A DNA stretch of 64,000 nucleotides, from assembly GCA_965216315.1 (NCBI GenBank), contig CBDCFN010000016.1, positions 1,888,001 to 1,952,000 on the forward strand, read 5' to 3'. A program made the translations under genes and the position numbers. The stretch comes from a bacterium. Lineage in GTDB: Bacteria; UBA10199; 2-02-FULL-50-16; JAJFLM01. Shown here piece after piece: positions 18,905 to 29,067 of this stretch (position 1 is its first letter; each line of letters opens with the position of its first letter). The notes under the pieces were generated by a model. That model ran no database searches. It saw nothing but the letters and a program-made list of their open reading frames with translations, and was not told where the DNA came from.

Positions 18905-21690
18905 AAATGCAACAGTGTTTGTGTGCACGTGTGACAAGCATCCGGATGCCGTGGATCTTGACCAACCGTCGGCAACCACTTCCAACAGCGCTCGCATTTC
19001 TCGCCTCCCGCACGTTCAACGCGAACCTGAAGTTCCGGCAAGTCCTGAGTCGCTGCATCCTTGCCAATTGGATCGCGGAGCAGCTCTACCTGAGACACAA
19101 TAAAAATATCGGCAAGCCGCGTTTGATACGCATCAATAAGCTCTTCTAGTTCTCCTTCTACATACAGCTCGACTTTGGCCTCCAAGGCATTTCCAATCAG
19201 CTTATTACGTCTTGCTTCTTCAAGCACGCGCATAACGGCATCGCGAACGGTGCGCAAACGTTCCCATTTATCGGCTAGTTCCTGATCTAAGAGACTATTG
19301 TCAGCAATTGGAAACTCCTCCAGATGCACGGAGGAACTTTTTTCCTTATCGATTGGTAAATACTCCCAAATTTCATCAGCGGTAAAACAAAGTACGGGGG
19401 CCATAAGTAACGCTAAGGCTCGCGTCATTTCATGGAGCACTGTCTGGGAGCCGCGTCGTAACTGGCCCGTCTTAGGCGCCGTATAAAGGCGGTCTTTGAG
19501 GATATCTAAATAGAATGCTGACAAATCAACCGTGCAAAAACGATTGATTTCATGAAAAACGGTATGAAATGCATAGTCTTCATACGCTTTCGTGACGCGG
19601 CTGATTATTTTCTGCAAAAGATGAAGTGCATAGCGATCAATCTCATCAAGATTTTCGTAAGAAACTCGATCGGCATCCGGATCAAAGTCAGAGATATTGC
19701 CTAACAAGAACCGGCCGGTATTTCTGATCTTCCGATAAGCGTCACTCAAACGCCTCAAAATCTCATCTGACACCCGAATATTATCGCGATAATCTTCTGC
19801 AGATACCCAGAGTCGCAATACTTCAGCCCCGCTTTCGCTAATAACTTTTTCAGGTGGAATATAATTACCTGCAGATTTGGAATATTTACGGCCCTCCCCA
19901 TCGACGACAAATCCGTGGGTCAAGACCGCCTTATAAGGAGGACGCTCCCGGGCACCGACCGCTGCCAACAAACTCGAATGAAACCAACCTCGATGCTGAT
20001 CACTTCCTTCCAAATAGAGATCAATAGGAATCTCCAAATTAAGGCGCTGTTCAATAACAGCCGCATAACTCACGCCGGAATCAAACCAGACATCCAAGAT
20101 GTCCGTTTCCCTTCGCCAGTTCCTCTTATTGCACTCGGTACAGGCAGGCGGATCCTCAAAATATTGATTCTCTTCATCAAACCAGACATCGGCTCCATGT
20201 TCATCGATCTGATCGGCGATCTTCCGGATTAGATCCGCATCAATGAGAACGTGGCCACAATCATTACATTCAAAGGCCATGATCGGAACACCCCAGGTTC
20301 GTTGCCGCGACAAACACCAATCAGGGCGATTCAACACCATCCCATAAATCCGTTCGCGTCCCCAGTCCGGTATCCAATGAACCCGGCGGATTGCATCCAG
20401 AGCGCGTTGCCTTAAATCATCGTGACTGAGCGATAAAAACCACTGAGCGGTCGAACGAAAGATGACCGGCCGTTTACAACGCCAGCAATGAGGATAGCTA
20501 TGTTCAAAATCTTCTTGGTAGACCATGCTCCCATTGGCGACAAGCCTTTCATTAATCCATTCATTACTGCTCATTACCTTCTGGCCGATGAGTTCGGAAA
20601 TACCCACTTCTTCGGTAAACCGTCCGCCGCCATCAACCGGCGCCAGCGGCTCGAGCCCATAGTTGCGACCGACGACAAAATCATCCTCACCATGTCCCGG
20701 TGCAATGTGAACACAGCCCGTGCCGGTATCCATCGTAACGTGATTAGACAAAATGACCAGGGAATCTCGTTCAATTAAAGGATGTCGGCAGGTCATACGC
20801 TCGAGATTGGGTGCACCAAAACGTTTAAGAACCGTTCCTTCTTTGCCAATCACTTTATAGAATTGATTCAGACAATTATTGGCGACTATGTAGGCCTCTC
20901 CATCAATATCGACGGCTACATAGTCAAAGTCCGGATGAAACGCGATGGCTAAATTAGCCGGCAATGTCCAAGGCGTGGTCGTCCAGATAACAACTGAGGC
21001 CGGTCTATCACCCAGCTCCGGCAATGCCGCCCTCACGTCAGACCCAACCGCAAACTTTACATAGATAGAAGGTGACGTATGATTTTCGTACTCAACCTCT
21101 GCTTCCGCCAAGGCCGTTCGGCAATTGGCACACCAAAGGACCGGCTTCAATCCCTTGTAAATCGAGCCCTTCTCAACAAAGTTAGCGAATTCACGCGCAA
21201 TCGTCGCTTCATAGGCAAAATCCATCGTGCGATAGGGCTGGTCCCACTCTCCAAAGACACCTAATCGTTTAAACTCTTCACGCTGAATCTTAACAAAATT
21301 GTCTGCGTACTCCCGACACGCCTGGCGGACTTCCAGCTTGGACATGTCACGCTTCTTCTTACCGAGGTTTTTATCGACCTGATGCTCAATAGGAAGGCCA
21401 TGACAGTCCCATCCCGGAATATAAGGACTCGAATGGCCTGTCATGCTCCGAAACTTGACCGCGATATCTTTAAGAACTTTATTAAGGATATGGCCAAAGT
21501 GAATATGGCCATTAGCGTACGGCGGCCCATCATGCAGCAGAAATAAAGGTTTGCCTTCATTCTTCTTTTGAATGGCTGCATAAAGATCCGAATCGGCCCA
21601 CTTTTTGAGGCGCTTTGGCTCTTGAACAGCGAGGCTTGCCTTCATCGGGAAACCCGTCTCAGGCAGATTAAGTGTTTCCTTATAATTCAT
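18901..21690 (-). CDS. ileS: isoleucyl-tRNA ligase (type 1)
   Basis: HDGPPYANG, GWDCHGLP, WTTTPWTLP, EGSDQHRGWF motifs and C-terminal Zn site CERCW. Confidence 0.98.
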   Translation of the reverse strand: MNYKETLNLPETGFPMKASLAVQEPKRLKKWADSDLYAAIQKKNEGKPLFLLHDGPPYANGHIHFGHILNKVLKDIAVKFRSMTGHSSPYIPGWDCHGLPIEHQVDKNLGKKKRDMSKLEVRQACREYADNFVKIQREEFKRLGVFGEWDQPYRTMDFAYEATIAREFANFVEKGSIYKGLKPVLWCANCRTALAEAEVEYENHTSPSIYVKFAVGSDVRAALPELGDRPASVVIWTTTPWTLPANLAIAFHPDFDYVAVDIDGEAYIVANNCLNQFYKVIGKEGTVLKRFGAPNLERMTCRHPLIERDSLVILSNHVTMDTGTGCVHIAPGHGEDDFVVGRNYGLEPLAPVDGGGRFTEEVGISELIGQKVMSSNEWINERLVANGSMVYQEDFEHSYPHCWRCKRPVIFRSTAQWFLSLSHDDLRQRALDAIRRVHWIPDWGRERIYGMVLNRPDWCLSRQRTWGVPIMAFECNDCGHVLIDADLIRKIADQIDEHGADVWFDEENQYFEDPPACTECNKRNWRRETDILDVWFDSGVSYAAVIEQRLNLEIPIDLYLEGSDQHRGWFHSSLLAAVGARERPPYKAVLTHGFVVDGEGRKYSKSAGNYIPPEKVISESGAEVLRLWVSAEDYRDNIRVSDEILRRLSDAYRKIRNTGRFLLGNISDFDPDADRVSYENLDEIDRYALHLLQKIISRVTKAYEDYAFHTVFHEINRFCTVDLSAFYLDILKDRLYTAPKTGQLRRGSQTVLHEMTRALALLMAPVLCFTADEIWEYLPIDKEKSSSVHLEEFPIADNSLLDQELADKWERLRTVRDAVMRVLEEARRNKLIGNALEAKVELYVEGELEELIDAYQTRLADIFIVSQVELLRDPIGKDAATQDLPELQVRVERAGGEKCERCWKWLPTVGQDPRHPDACHTCTQTLLHL

Positions 21691-21697
21691 TCGGGAT

Positions 21698-22207
21698 TTA
21701 CGGCCTTACTTCAACGGGTTCTCTTTCAACCACTCCGATATTGGTGACTTCGATGTCAGCAGGCCTTAGATAGTTTCTTACCCTGGCTAGAAACTTTTTT
21801 TCCTGTCGGTAACTGGATTTCATCCGCGTGACGATCGTCCTAAGTGGCGCCTGAACTTCAACGATGCTCTTGCTCGGCCCATCTTCGGTGATACGAACGG
21901 TCAAATGATAATAAGAGCCGGTCACGCCATAGTCCTTATAATCAAATAGATCTAAATAGTGCGAATCCGCCGTGGTCGGCATCCAACCCGTACGCAAGAC
22001 ACCTTGATCCTTATCCGCATATTCAACTTTATAATCCATATCATTCAGGGCCTTCTCAGCCGCTTCGAACGTCGCGACAACCGGCGAACTAAAGGTCTTG
22101 TAAACGGGTTTCATCGCAATATCCCGCCCCGTCACCAGCGGCGTATTACAAGCAGCCAAGGAACCGATACCAAGTATAACCAAGAACGAGACTAGACTTA
22201 TCTTCAT
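21698..22207 (-). CDS. hypothetical lipoprotein
   Basis: Lipobox LAAC after a hydrophobic leader; helix-grip-like GVLRTGW segment. Confidence 0.7.
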   Translation of the reverse strand: MKISLVSFLVILGIGSLAACNTPLVTGRDIAMKPVYKTFSSPVVATFEAAEKALNDMDYKVEYADKDQGVLRTGWMPTTADSHYLDLFDYKDYGVTGSYYHLTVRITEDGPSKSIVEVQAPLRTIVTRMKSSYRQEKKFLARVRNYLRPADIEVTNIGVVEREPVEVRP

Positions 22208-23004
22208 TTTTTATTCTCCTGCCCCCTGAAATGCCGATAGAATAGCAAACAAGCTATCACCACTACGAGGCTTATCGTCTGCGACGTCGAAAGGATGCCT
22301 GGTATTACAAAGCCTCTGACCGTATCCCCTCGAAATAACTCAAGAATTGACCTCAATATCGCATAGAGAATAAGGTACGTCAAAAAGATCTGTCCTTCAA
22401 ACTTTTTCCGTCTGCGCAGCCAGACTAAAAAGGCAAATAGGCTGAATTCCACGATGGACTCCATCAACTGCGTTGGCCAGAGAGGAATCCCCGCCGGAGC
22501 CAGTCCCGAAGCCGTTTTGGGGAAATTCAGCGCCCACCAAGGGGCGCCTTCAACCGGCTTCCCATAGCAACATCCCGCCATGAGGCATCCCAAGCGCCCA
22601 ATACCGTGCCCCATTGCCAGTCCCGGCATAAAAATATCGGCGATTCCCCGCAGCGTCCACTCTTGACGCCGTGCATACCACCACGCGACGACAAGACAGG
22701 CAAGCAAGCCTCCGTAGAAAACCAGCCCCCCTTCCCAAATTTTGACGATGTCCACCGGGTTCGCGACAAAGCGTTTGTATTCAACGATTACGTAAAGAAG
22801 ACGCGAGCCGACAATGGCTGCAATGATCAAATAGAAGCTGAGATCAGCGACCTTATCGCGACTGAACCCCGCAAAGCGGGCTTCACGCAAAATCCAAAGT
22901 ATTCCCAGCAAAAAGCCCAAAGCGACTAACGCGCCATAGGTATATATCGTCACACCACCCAGCAGCGGTATGCTATCTGGGATCGTCCAAAGGACCGGAT
23001 ACAT
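22204..23004 (-). CDS. lgt: prolipoprotein diacylglyceryl transferase
   Basis: IYTYG, WEGGLVFYGG, GRLGCLMAGCCYG, PTQL and ELFRGD motifs. Confidence 0.92.
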   Translation of the reverse strand: MYPVLWTIPDSIPLLGGVTIYTYGALVALGFLLGILWILREARFAGFSRDKVADLSFYLIIAAIVGSRLLYVIVEYKRFVANPVDIVKIWEGGLVFYGGLLACLVVAWWYARRQEWTLRGIADIFMPGLAMGHGIGRLGCLMAGCCYGKPVEGAPWWALNFPKTASGLAPAGIPLWPTQLMESIVEFSLFAFLVWLRRRKKFEGQIFLTYLILYAILRSILELFRGDTVRGFVIPGILSTSQTISLVVVIACLLFYRHFRGQENKK

Positions 23005-23016
23005 TTATCATTCTCC

Positions 23017-23331
23017 CTACTTCTTAAATAAGTTTTCTAGCGCTCGCTTGGCCTCTTCCGCTGCCGCATCCTGTTGACCCACTTGCGCTGCCGCATCCTG
23101 TTGACCCACTTGCGCTGCCGGCTCAAAGTAGTCACAAAAGTTGCCCTGTTCCTTATCGACAATTCGGTCCGCTTGTGGCTCTCGACACTCGTTATACGCA
23201 GAAGCATCATAAAAACGACAGTTAAGACAACAACGAAGATACGCGTTGCATTCCGGGCAGGTCTGCTGCCGCCCCACCTTCTCCTCGAGATCAAGGAGAT
23301 TCTTGCAGGAATGACAGGTTATCTGCTGCAT
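23017..23331 (-). CDS. small Cys-rich zinc-ribbon protein
   Basis: CHSC, CPEC, CCLNC, C...NFCDYF motifs; ends ALENLFKK. Confidence 0.75.
   Translation of the reverse strand: MQQITCHSCKNLLDLEEKVGRQQTCPECNAYLRCCLNCRFYDASAYNECREPQADRIVDKEQGNFCDYFEPAAQVGQQDAAAQVGQQDAAAEEAKRALENLFKK
23059..23120. repeat. 27-bp in-frame tandem repeat (about 2.3 copies)
   Basis: CGCTGCCGCATCCTGTTGACCCACTTG x2 plus CGCTGCCG; encodes AAQVGQQDA repeats. Confidence 0.9.
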
Positions 23332-23390
23332 AAACTCTCTATAGCTAAGTATCCCATTTTATTCAACTTTGAATCCGTGCCCCGCTGAGA

Positions 23391-26120
23391 CTAAAAGGCG
23401 TAGCCGAAGGTAAAATGCAGCCGTCCCACCCCTTCATCAGGAGCCCGGTCCAACACAAACCCGTAATCTAAGCGAACCGGACCAACGGGCGTGATATAGC
23501 GCAAACCTATCCCGGCCGAATGACGGAGTGATGCCTTCGTGAATGTGAACGACTGTCCCGCCGTACCGGTATCAAGAAAAGCCGCTAGCTTGACGTTGCC
23601 GGCAACTCGAAGCTGTAACTCGGTGTTCCAGATAAACATGAATTTTTGACCTATCGGCGTCCCCGACGCGTCCAACGGACCGGCTTTATCTTGATCAAAG
23701 CCGCGAACTGTATAATCGCCTCCAATAAAGAATAGTTCTGAACGAGGAATGACCTCACTTGAGGTAACCGGTATCGCTCCGCCCATGCGCATTGAATTAA
23801 CAAAAGTAAACCGTGAGTGTGGACTCAAATAATAGTTAAATTGCCCTCTCAAGCGAAAAAAATTGGCACTCGTTCCAAAAAATTGATGAAAATAATCAAG
23901 TGATGTCTCAGAGAAAATCCCTTTACGCGGATCGGCAAAATAATCGCGGGTATCATAGTTAAACGACACGCGTACATGCGGCAACGTCCTGTCATCGGTA
24001 TCTTCATCAGGGTCAGGCGTTCCCCCATGAAAAAGGGTTCGCTCAAGTTGATATCGGCCCAAAATCGACATGGACCGACCAATATCTTTTAGCAAAGAAA
24101 AGGATCCGCCATAACTTGTCTGGTCGAAACTCGGCCTATCTTCATTTTCAATGAATCCCGATAGCACCATTTCAATATCGCCACCAAGCAAATGAGGATC
24201 GATATAGTTCAATTCACCACCTCGCGTGTCAAAGCCAAGCGTCGCAATCAAACTCATTCGCTTGCCAAAGCCCATCACATCCAAGTTCCTCAGGGCAAAC
24301 ACGCCCGTGAGGCGATCATCAGTGCTATAAGAGGCCTTCAAGTCGAAAATATAGCGTTCCCGCTCTTCTACATTGACCGAAAGATGAACCGTTTCCTGTT
24401 TTTCCTTGAGTCCTATCGTGTCTACTTTTACCGATTCAAATGAGCCCAATTTACGAAGGATTGAAGCCCCTCTAAGTATCTTGCTACGACTATAAGGATC
24501 CCCTCTATCCACATAAAGTGCACTGCGAATCGTCGAGGCACGCGTGTGATCAATGCCGATAATCAGTATGCTCCCTATCGTGACAAGAGGACCTTCATTA
24601 ACGTGAAAAATAACATTCACATCACCGTTTTCTTCATCAACATTCGCTTCTGATTCAACCTCAGCATAAGGGTATCCATTATCGGCATAGTAGTTTTTGA
24701 TACGCAACTTATCATCTTTGACAGCTATCTCACTGTAAGGCTTGCCCGGTTTTAATTTCAGAGGTTTTTTCAGCTTATTCATATCCGCATGATCGGCTCC
24801 CGTAAATGACAGCTCGCGAACAACGGTTTGGAGCCCTTCATGAACCACAAACTCAACGTTGGCCCGATCATGCAACGGAGTAAATTTTACCGAAGTTCCT
24901 TTCAACTCTCCTTCAGGATAACCCTGTTCACGCAAAAGATTAGGGATGATCCGGCGGTCTCTTTCCAGTGCGGGACGTGACAAATATCCCGATGTAAAAA
25001 AGCCGGCCGGCTTCAAACTTAATTCCTTTTTAACTTTCGACTCATCAAGCGTCTCACTCCCTTCAAATCGGATTTTCTTGACGAGCGTTTGTGGGCCCTC
25101 TTTGATAAAAAAATCAATTCTATGACGTGCGGGCTTCACTAGTTTTTTTTCAGCCTTAACTTCCACATCCAAGAAACCCCGCTTCAAATAATACTCTTTT
25201 AAAGACTCAACGCTCGCCCTCACTTCATAACTGTCATACGCCTCCTCTCTAAAAAAGGTTATGGCTTGCATAAGGTTACGTCGCAGAACGCTATTATTCC
25301 CATGAAATCTGATATCCAGGTGACTTTGCTCGGAAACGACTATATCAAGATCGGCCTTTCCTGCTTCAAAGTCACGATTGATATTTTGCACGCGAATTCG
25401 TGCGCGTGGGTATCCCTTTTTCTTATAGTGTTCTTTGATCTTTTCTATGCTTTTGCGAAGGCGGCTTGGCTGATAAGGATACCAGGCATTCACCTTTGAT
25501 CGAAAGTATCCGGTGCTTACGGCCTTATTCCCTTCTACCTCGATATTTCTCCAGCGAAGGCGGGGCCCCTTTCGAATAATGAATTTAAGCGCCACTGTTC
25601 CCTTTTTATCGTTCACTTTCTCCTTTACACGCACTGTCGTTGCAAAATAGCCCTGCCGTTCAAAAAAACGCCTTAATTTTTTGACTTCGTCGATAATGGC
25701 TTCGCGTTCGTAAACCTCACCGATGTTAAGACCAATGTTACGTTGAACCCGGCTTGTCAGGTAAGGGAAATGACCTGTAAATTTAATGCCTGTGATAACC
25801 AAGGCCGGCATAAGATCGAATGTCAGCACCCATCCATCCGACGTGTGCTCTTTCTCATAACTTATTGATTCAAATCGGTTCCAGTCTTTGAGCAAACTAA
25901 GGCTCTGTTCGAGCTTTTCTTCCGTAAAAGCATCTCCTTCTTTTAAAGTGAGGACATCTCGAATTTGTTTTTCGGAAACAGGTTCATGATTCTGGATATG
26001 AATCGACGCAACGATATCGTTATCTGCTGCTGACACAACAGGAGGCACAAGTATAACCATGACGATACCCAGTAACGCCACGATCGATTTATTAACGTAT
26101 TTTAAACTGTAGAGAGACAT
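23391..26120 (-). CDS. Omp85-family (BamA/TamA) outer-membrane protein with about 7 POTRA domains
   Basis: Signal peptide, repeated POTRA motifs (GY..A.V), TVRGF, GIGLRYITPVGPVRLDYG, terminal F. Confidence 0.9.
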   Translation of the reverse strand: MSLYSLKYVNKSIVALLGIVMVILVPPVVSAADNDIVASIHIQNHEPVSEKQIRDVLTLKEGDAFTEEKLEQSLSLLKDWNRFESISYEKEHTSDGWVLTFDLMPALVITGIKFTGHFPYLTSRVQRNIGLNIGEVYEREAIIDEVKKLRRFFERQGYFATTVRVKEKVNDKKGTVALKFIIRKGPRLRWRNIEVEGNKAVSTGYFRSKVNAWYPYQPSRLRKSIEKIKEHYKKKGYPRARIRVQNINRDFEAGKADLDIVVSEQSHLDIRFHGNNSVLRRNLMQAITFFREEAYDSYEVRASVESLKEYYLKRGFLDVEVKAEKKLVKPARHRIDFFIKEGPQTLVKKIRFEGSETLDESKVKKELSLKPAGFFTSGYLSRPALERDRRIIPNLLREQGYPEGELKGTSVKFTPLHDRANVEFVVHEGLQTVVRELSFTGADHADMNKLKKPLKLKPGKPYSEIAVKDDKLRIKNYYADNGYPYAEVESEANVDEENGDVNVIFHVNEGPLVTIGSILIIGIDHTRASTIRSALYVDRGDPYSRSKILRGASILRKLGSFESVKVDTIGLKEKQETVHLSVNVEERERYIFDLKASYSTDDRLTGVFALRNLDVMGFGKRMSLIATLGFDTRGGELNYIDPHLLGGDIEMVLSGFIENEDRPSFDQTSYGGSFSLLKDIGRSMSILGRYQLERTLFHGGTPDPDEDTDDRTLPHVRVSFNYDTRDYFADPRKGIFSETSLDYFHQFFGTSANFFRLRGQFNYYLSPHSRFTFVNSMRMGGAIPVTSSEVIPRSELFFIGGDYTVRGFDQDKAGPLDASGTPIGQKFMFIWNTELQLRVAGNVKLAAFLDTGTAGQSFTFTKASLRHSAGIGLRYITPVGPVRLDYGFVLDRAPDEGVGRLHFTFGYAF

Positions 26121-29067
26121 TCAATTCAAATTTATTCCGGTCCGATTCAAAAGTATTGGCCCCTTCCAAGAAAATATTATCCGTCAAAAAATATTTGGTC
26201 CGGACGCGCCTTTGGGCTGTGTCAGGGCTGATATCCGTATAAAACTCTACACTCAAGCGATCCGATAAGTTTTTTCCAAAAGCAACGCCGGATATCGATT
26301 GATCAGAGCCCTCACCGGATTCAAAACGCAGGATATCGAGACCAACAATATCTCCCAGATCTTCTCCAAAACCACTCGTGAGTGAATTCGCAATCGCTGT
26401 CGTCGCAAAAGCCCTTCTCGACGCCCCCGACCCACTCAATTCTGACTGACGCACCCCAAAAGCCAACAGCGAGATGACGTCCGCACGCTCAACGGAAGGT
26501 GACGACCACAACTTGGTTTCCAGATTGTCCAATGGACCTTCCAGTTTGACAAACACCGTGTAGTAAGAACGCAGACCTCGCCCCTCGGCCCCTTGAATTT
26601 CGCGCTGGGCCTCAAAATCCAGATATGGATTGATCCGGTTTGGATTCCTGAAATCTAACGAGCCCTCAGTGATCTCCAGCGTTCGACCCAGGTAATGAAG
26701 CTCCCCTCCCGACGAGGTCACCACGCCTTCAATCACCGGACGCTGCGTTGACCCTTTAAGCCAGAGGTTGCCGTCCAAGAAGACCGTGGCAATGTTGTTT
26801 TCTATCCGCAAGTCACCGCTATTACGAACTTCAACCCGCCAACGCCAATCCTTAATAAAATCCGAATCAAAGAGATCATTGGTCCTGATATTTTGTCGCT
26901 CTGCAAAAACTTTTTTAGTGAGATTGAAACGCTTGTAATAGCGACCGGACAGGAGGTCGATCCGACCTGAAACTAATGGGGAAGGCATGGCGCCGCTGAC
27001 CGTCAGGTTTGCATCAAAGTCGACGTTCATGGCTCCACGGACTCGAAACGTGAGCGCATTGCCTTGCAGATCTAAATTAAATCTTGTTGGACGTATCCCA
27101 TCGATACCGACCGTTCCGTGTATTTTAAGATCTCCCTCGCCATGCACCGCTGAAATTCTATCAAACTGAATTCGAGTGGGAGTGATATGGACGCGTCCGG
27201 TAACATTCGTAAAAGGTTCACCTGCTCCGCGTACATTCAATTGGGTTTGATTGAAACGAACATTCCCTGACAACTGAGGCCGCTTCGTCGTGCCGCTCGC
27301 TCTCAGGTCGACGTTGATAAAACCTTTAGCATCATTGAGAAAGGTCCGCCACCTCGCTACATGCTTTGCATTCACGTCTCCCTTAAGATTTAGTTGAAAT
27401 GTTTTGTTTTCTCGATAAAAACCGCTGGCACGAACAACACGACCATCATCCTGTAGTCGAAATTTCTGCAGGTTCCACGCTTTTGTCGTTTTATCATAGT
27501 CCAAAGCAAGATTGACCCCCGGCAAAGGATCGCCTTCAACTGTAATTTTTTGTTCACCATATTTGATCTTTAGCGGCCGCGTCGTGACAAGCATAGGGTT
27601 GTCCCGTAACTGTAGGCGCACACGGTCGGCCGTGATCATCGGCCAGGCCACCTTGAATCCCGTCTCAAGCACATCGATGGGCGCATTAGCGATGTGTCCG
27701 TTATGCAACGATAGTGTCCCTGCACCATGCATCCCTTTTTCAGTACGCTTGAGGCTCAGCGTCCCCTTTGCCGGTCCGGCCGCTTCACCTCCAGGCATCA
27801 CTGCCTGCAAGGGGAGCCCATGCAACTGAACGGCCAATTCCTTGAGAACAAGTTTTTGTGGTTTCCCTTCCAGATCAACACTCCCCTGCGAGGTCAACGG
27901 TCTCCCCTCACCCAGGGGCACGTGTCCTTTCCACTCAATATGCCGGCCATCCACTTCAACCGCCGCTTTGGCAACAGGAAAACGAAAGTATTTGTAAGTG
28001 ACCTCCTTTGCATCGACATCGGCCGACAGATGAAATTCCGGCAGTCGCGCCTTAAGTTCCGCGTTGAGTGCCGCCTTCCCGCCTATTTCCTCAACAGCCG
28101 GTATATTTAATATCTCCCAAACAGCCTTGAGCGGAGATGCTTTCATTGAAAAATCGACATCGTAATCCCCTTCCGGCACATACATTTTGCCGGGAGCCAC
28201 CATCGCAACATCGCCAACTTTTAGATTGAAGGGACTAAGAAACAAGTCCGGTGGACGCAGACTGACTTGACCGCTCCCATGTATTTTTTTGCGAAAGAGA
28301 TTGGGCATGACCGCGCTAACCTGTATATCACCCCCGATATCCTCATCACGTACCTCGACATCCAGATACAAGTCATAGTGACCTTCCGGCCGATACAAAT
28401 CCAATTTATCAAAAACAACATGATCCCCAGACAAAACTGAATCGAGGACGATGCGATCACCTACAATTTTATCATTAATAAAAAAATCAAGCGCCTCAAA
28501 ATGAAACTCATTTTTACGCAAGAGATTCTGGCTGATAGTGAAATCAAATTTGGCAATTTCTAAATCGGCATAGCCGCCCGCTCTCTTTTTGATCATAATG
28601 CGAACCGGTCCTATAGCCCCCGAATTGATTGATATATTCTGCATCGCATAGTGGTTACCCACTTGGCTCGCTATTTTTTTAATATACGGGACGGTAAATT
28701 TCTTAGGGCCTTCTTTCTTAGGGCCCTTTTCAAAAGACATGTAAACGTCTCTTATTTCCAAACGACTCACGACAAGCTTGCCACGCATAAGCGACCACGG
28801 ACTAACCTGAAGATGGAGGCCTTCAACCGCATACAGTTGACGACCCGTTCGACTTTGCACGCTTACAGACTTGAGTTGAACCTTCATGAGGAAAGGGTTG
28901 ATAGCTATATCCTTGGCTTCAATCACCCAACCCGTCTGGCGATGAATCATCTCAAAATACCATTTATGGGCCGCCGACGCATTTAACGCGGCGTAAAGTA
29001 CGCCCATGATCAAGCCAAGTAGTAAAAAATTGGCAATAATTGTTACTTTTACGCCCTTATGCTTCAT
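26092..29067 (-). CDS. tamB: translocation and assembly module TamB-like protein
   Basis: N-terminal anchor, beta-taco repeats, DUF490-like C-terminus (GKNLSDRLSV), adjacent to Omp85. Confidence 0.8.
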   Translation of the reverse strand: MKHKGVKVTIIANFLLLGLIMGVLYAALNASAAHKWYFEMIHRQTGWVIEAKDIAINPFLMKVQLKSVSVQSRTGRQLYAVEGLHLQVSPWSLMRGKLVVSRLEIRDVYMSFEKGPKKEGPKKFTVPYIKKIASQVGNHYAMQNISINSGAIGPVRIMIKKRAGGYADLEIAKFDFTISQNLLRKNEFHFEALDFFINDKIVGDRIVLDSVLSGDHVVFDKLDLYRPEGHYDLYLDVEVRDEDIGGDIQVSAVMPNLFRKKIHGSGQVSLRPPDLFLSPFNLKVGDVAMVAPGKMYVPEGDYDVDFSMKASPLKAVWEILNIPAVEEIGGKAALNAELKARLPEFHLSADVDAKEVTYKYFRFPVAKAAVEVDGRHIEWKGHVPLGEGRPLTSQGSVDLEGKPQKLVLKELAVQLHGLPLQAVMPGGEAAGPAKGTLSLKRTEKGMHGAGTLSLHNGHIANAPIDVLETGFKVAWPMITADRVRLQLRDNPMLVTTRPLKIKYGEQKITVEGDPLPGVNLALDYDKTTKAWNLQKFRLQDDGRVVRASGFYRENKTFQLNLKGDVNAKHVARWRTFLNDAKGFINVDLRASGTTKRPQLSGNVRFNQTQLNVRGAGEPFTNVTGRVHITPTRIQFDRISAVHGEGDLKIHGTVGIDGIRPTRFNLDLQGNALTFRVRGAMNVDFDANLTVSGAMPSPLVSGRIDLLSGRYYKRFNLTKKVFAERQNIRTNDLFDSDFIKDWRWRVEVRNSGDLRIENNIATVFLDGNLWLKGSTQRPVIEGVVTSSGGELHYLGRTLEITEGSLDFRNPNRINPYLDFEAQREIQGAEGRGLRSYYTVFVKLEGPLDNLETKLWSSPSVERADVISLLAFGVRQSELSGSGASRRAFATTAIANSLTSGFGEDLGDIVGLDILRFESGEGSDQSISGVAFGKNLSDRLSVEFYTDISPDTAQRRVRTKYFLTDNIFLEGANTFESDRNKFELNVSLQFKIR

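Noticed and set aside
23059..23120. Possible CRISPR array
   Set aside because: Head-to-tail repeats without spacers, in frame within a CDS, and no cas genes.
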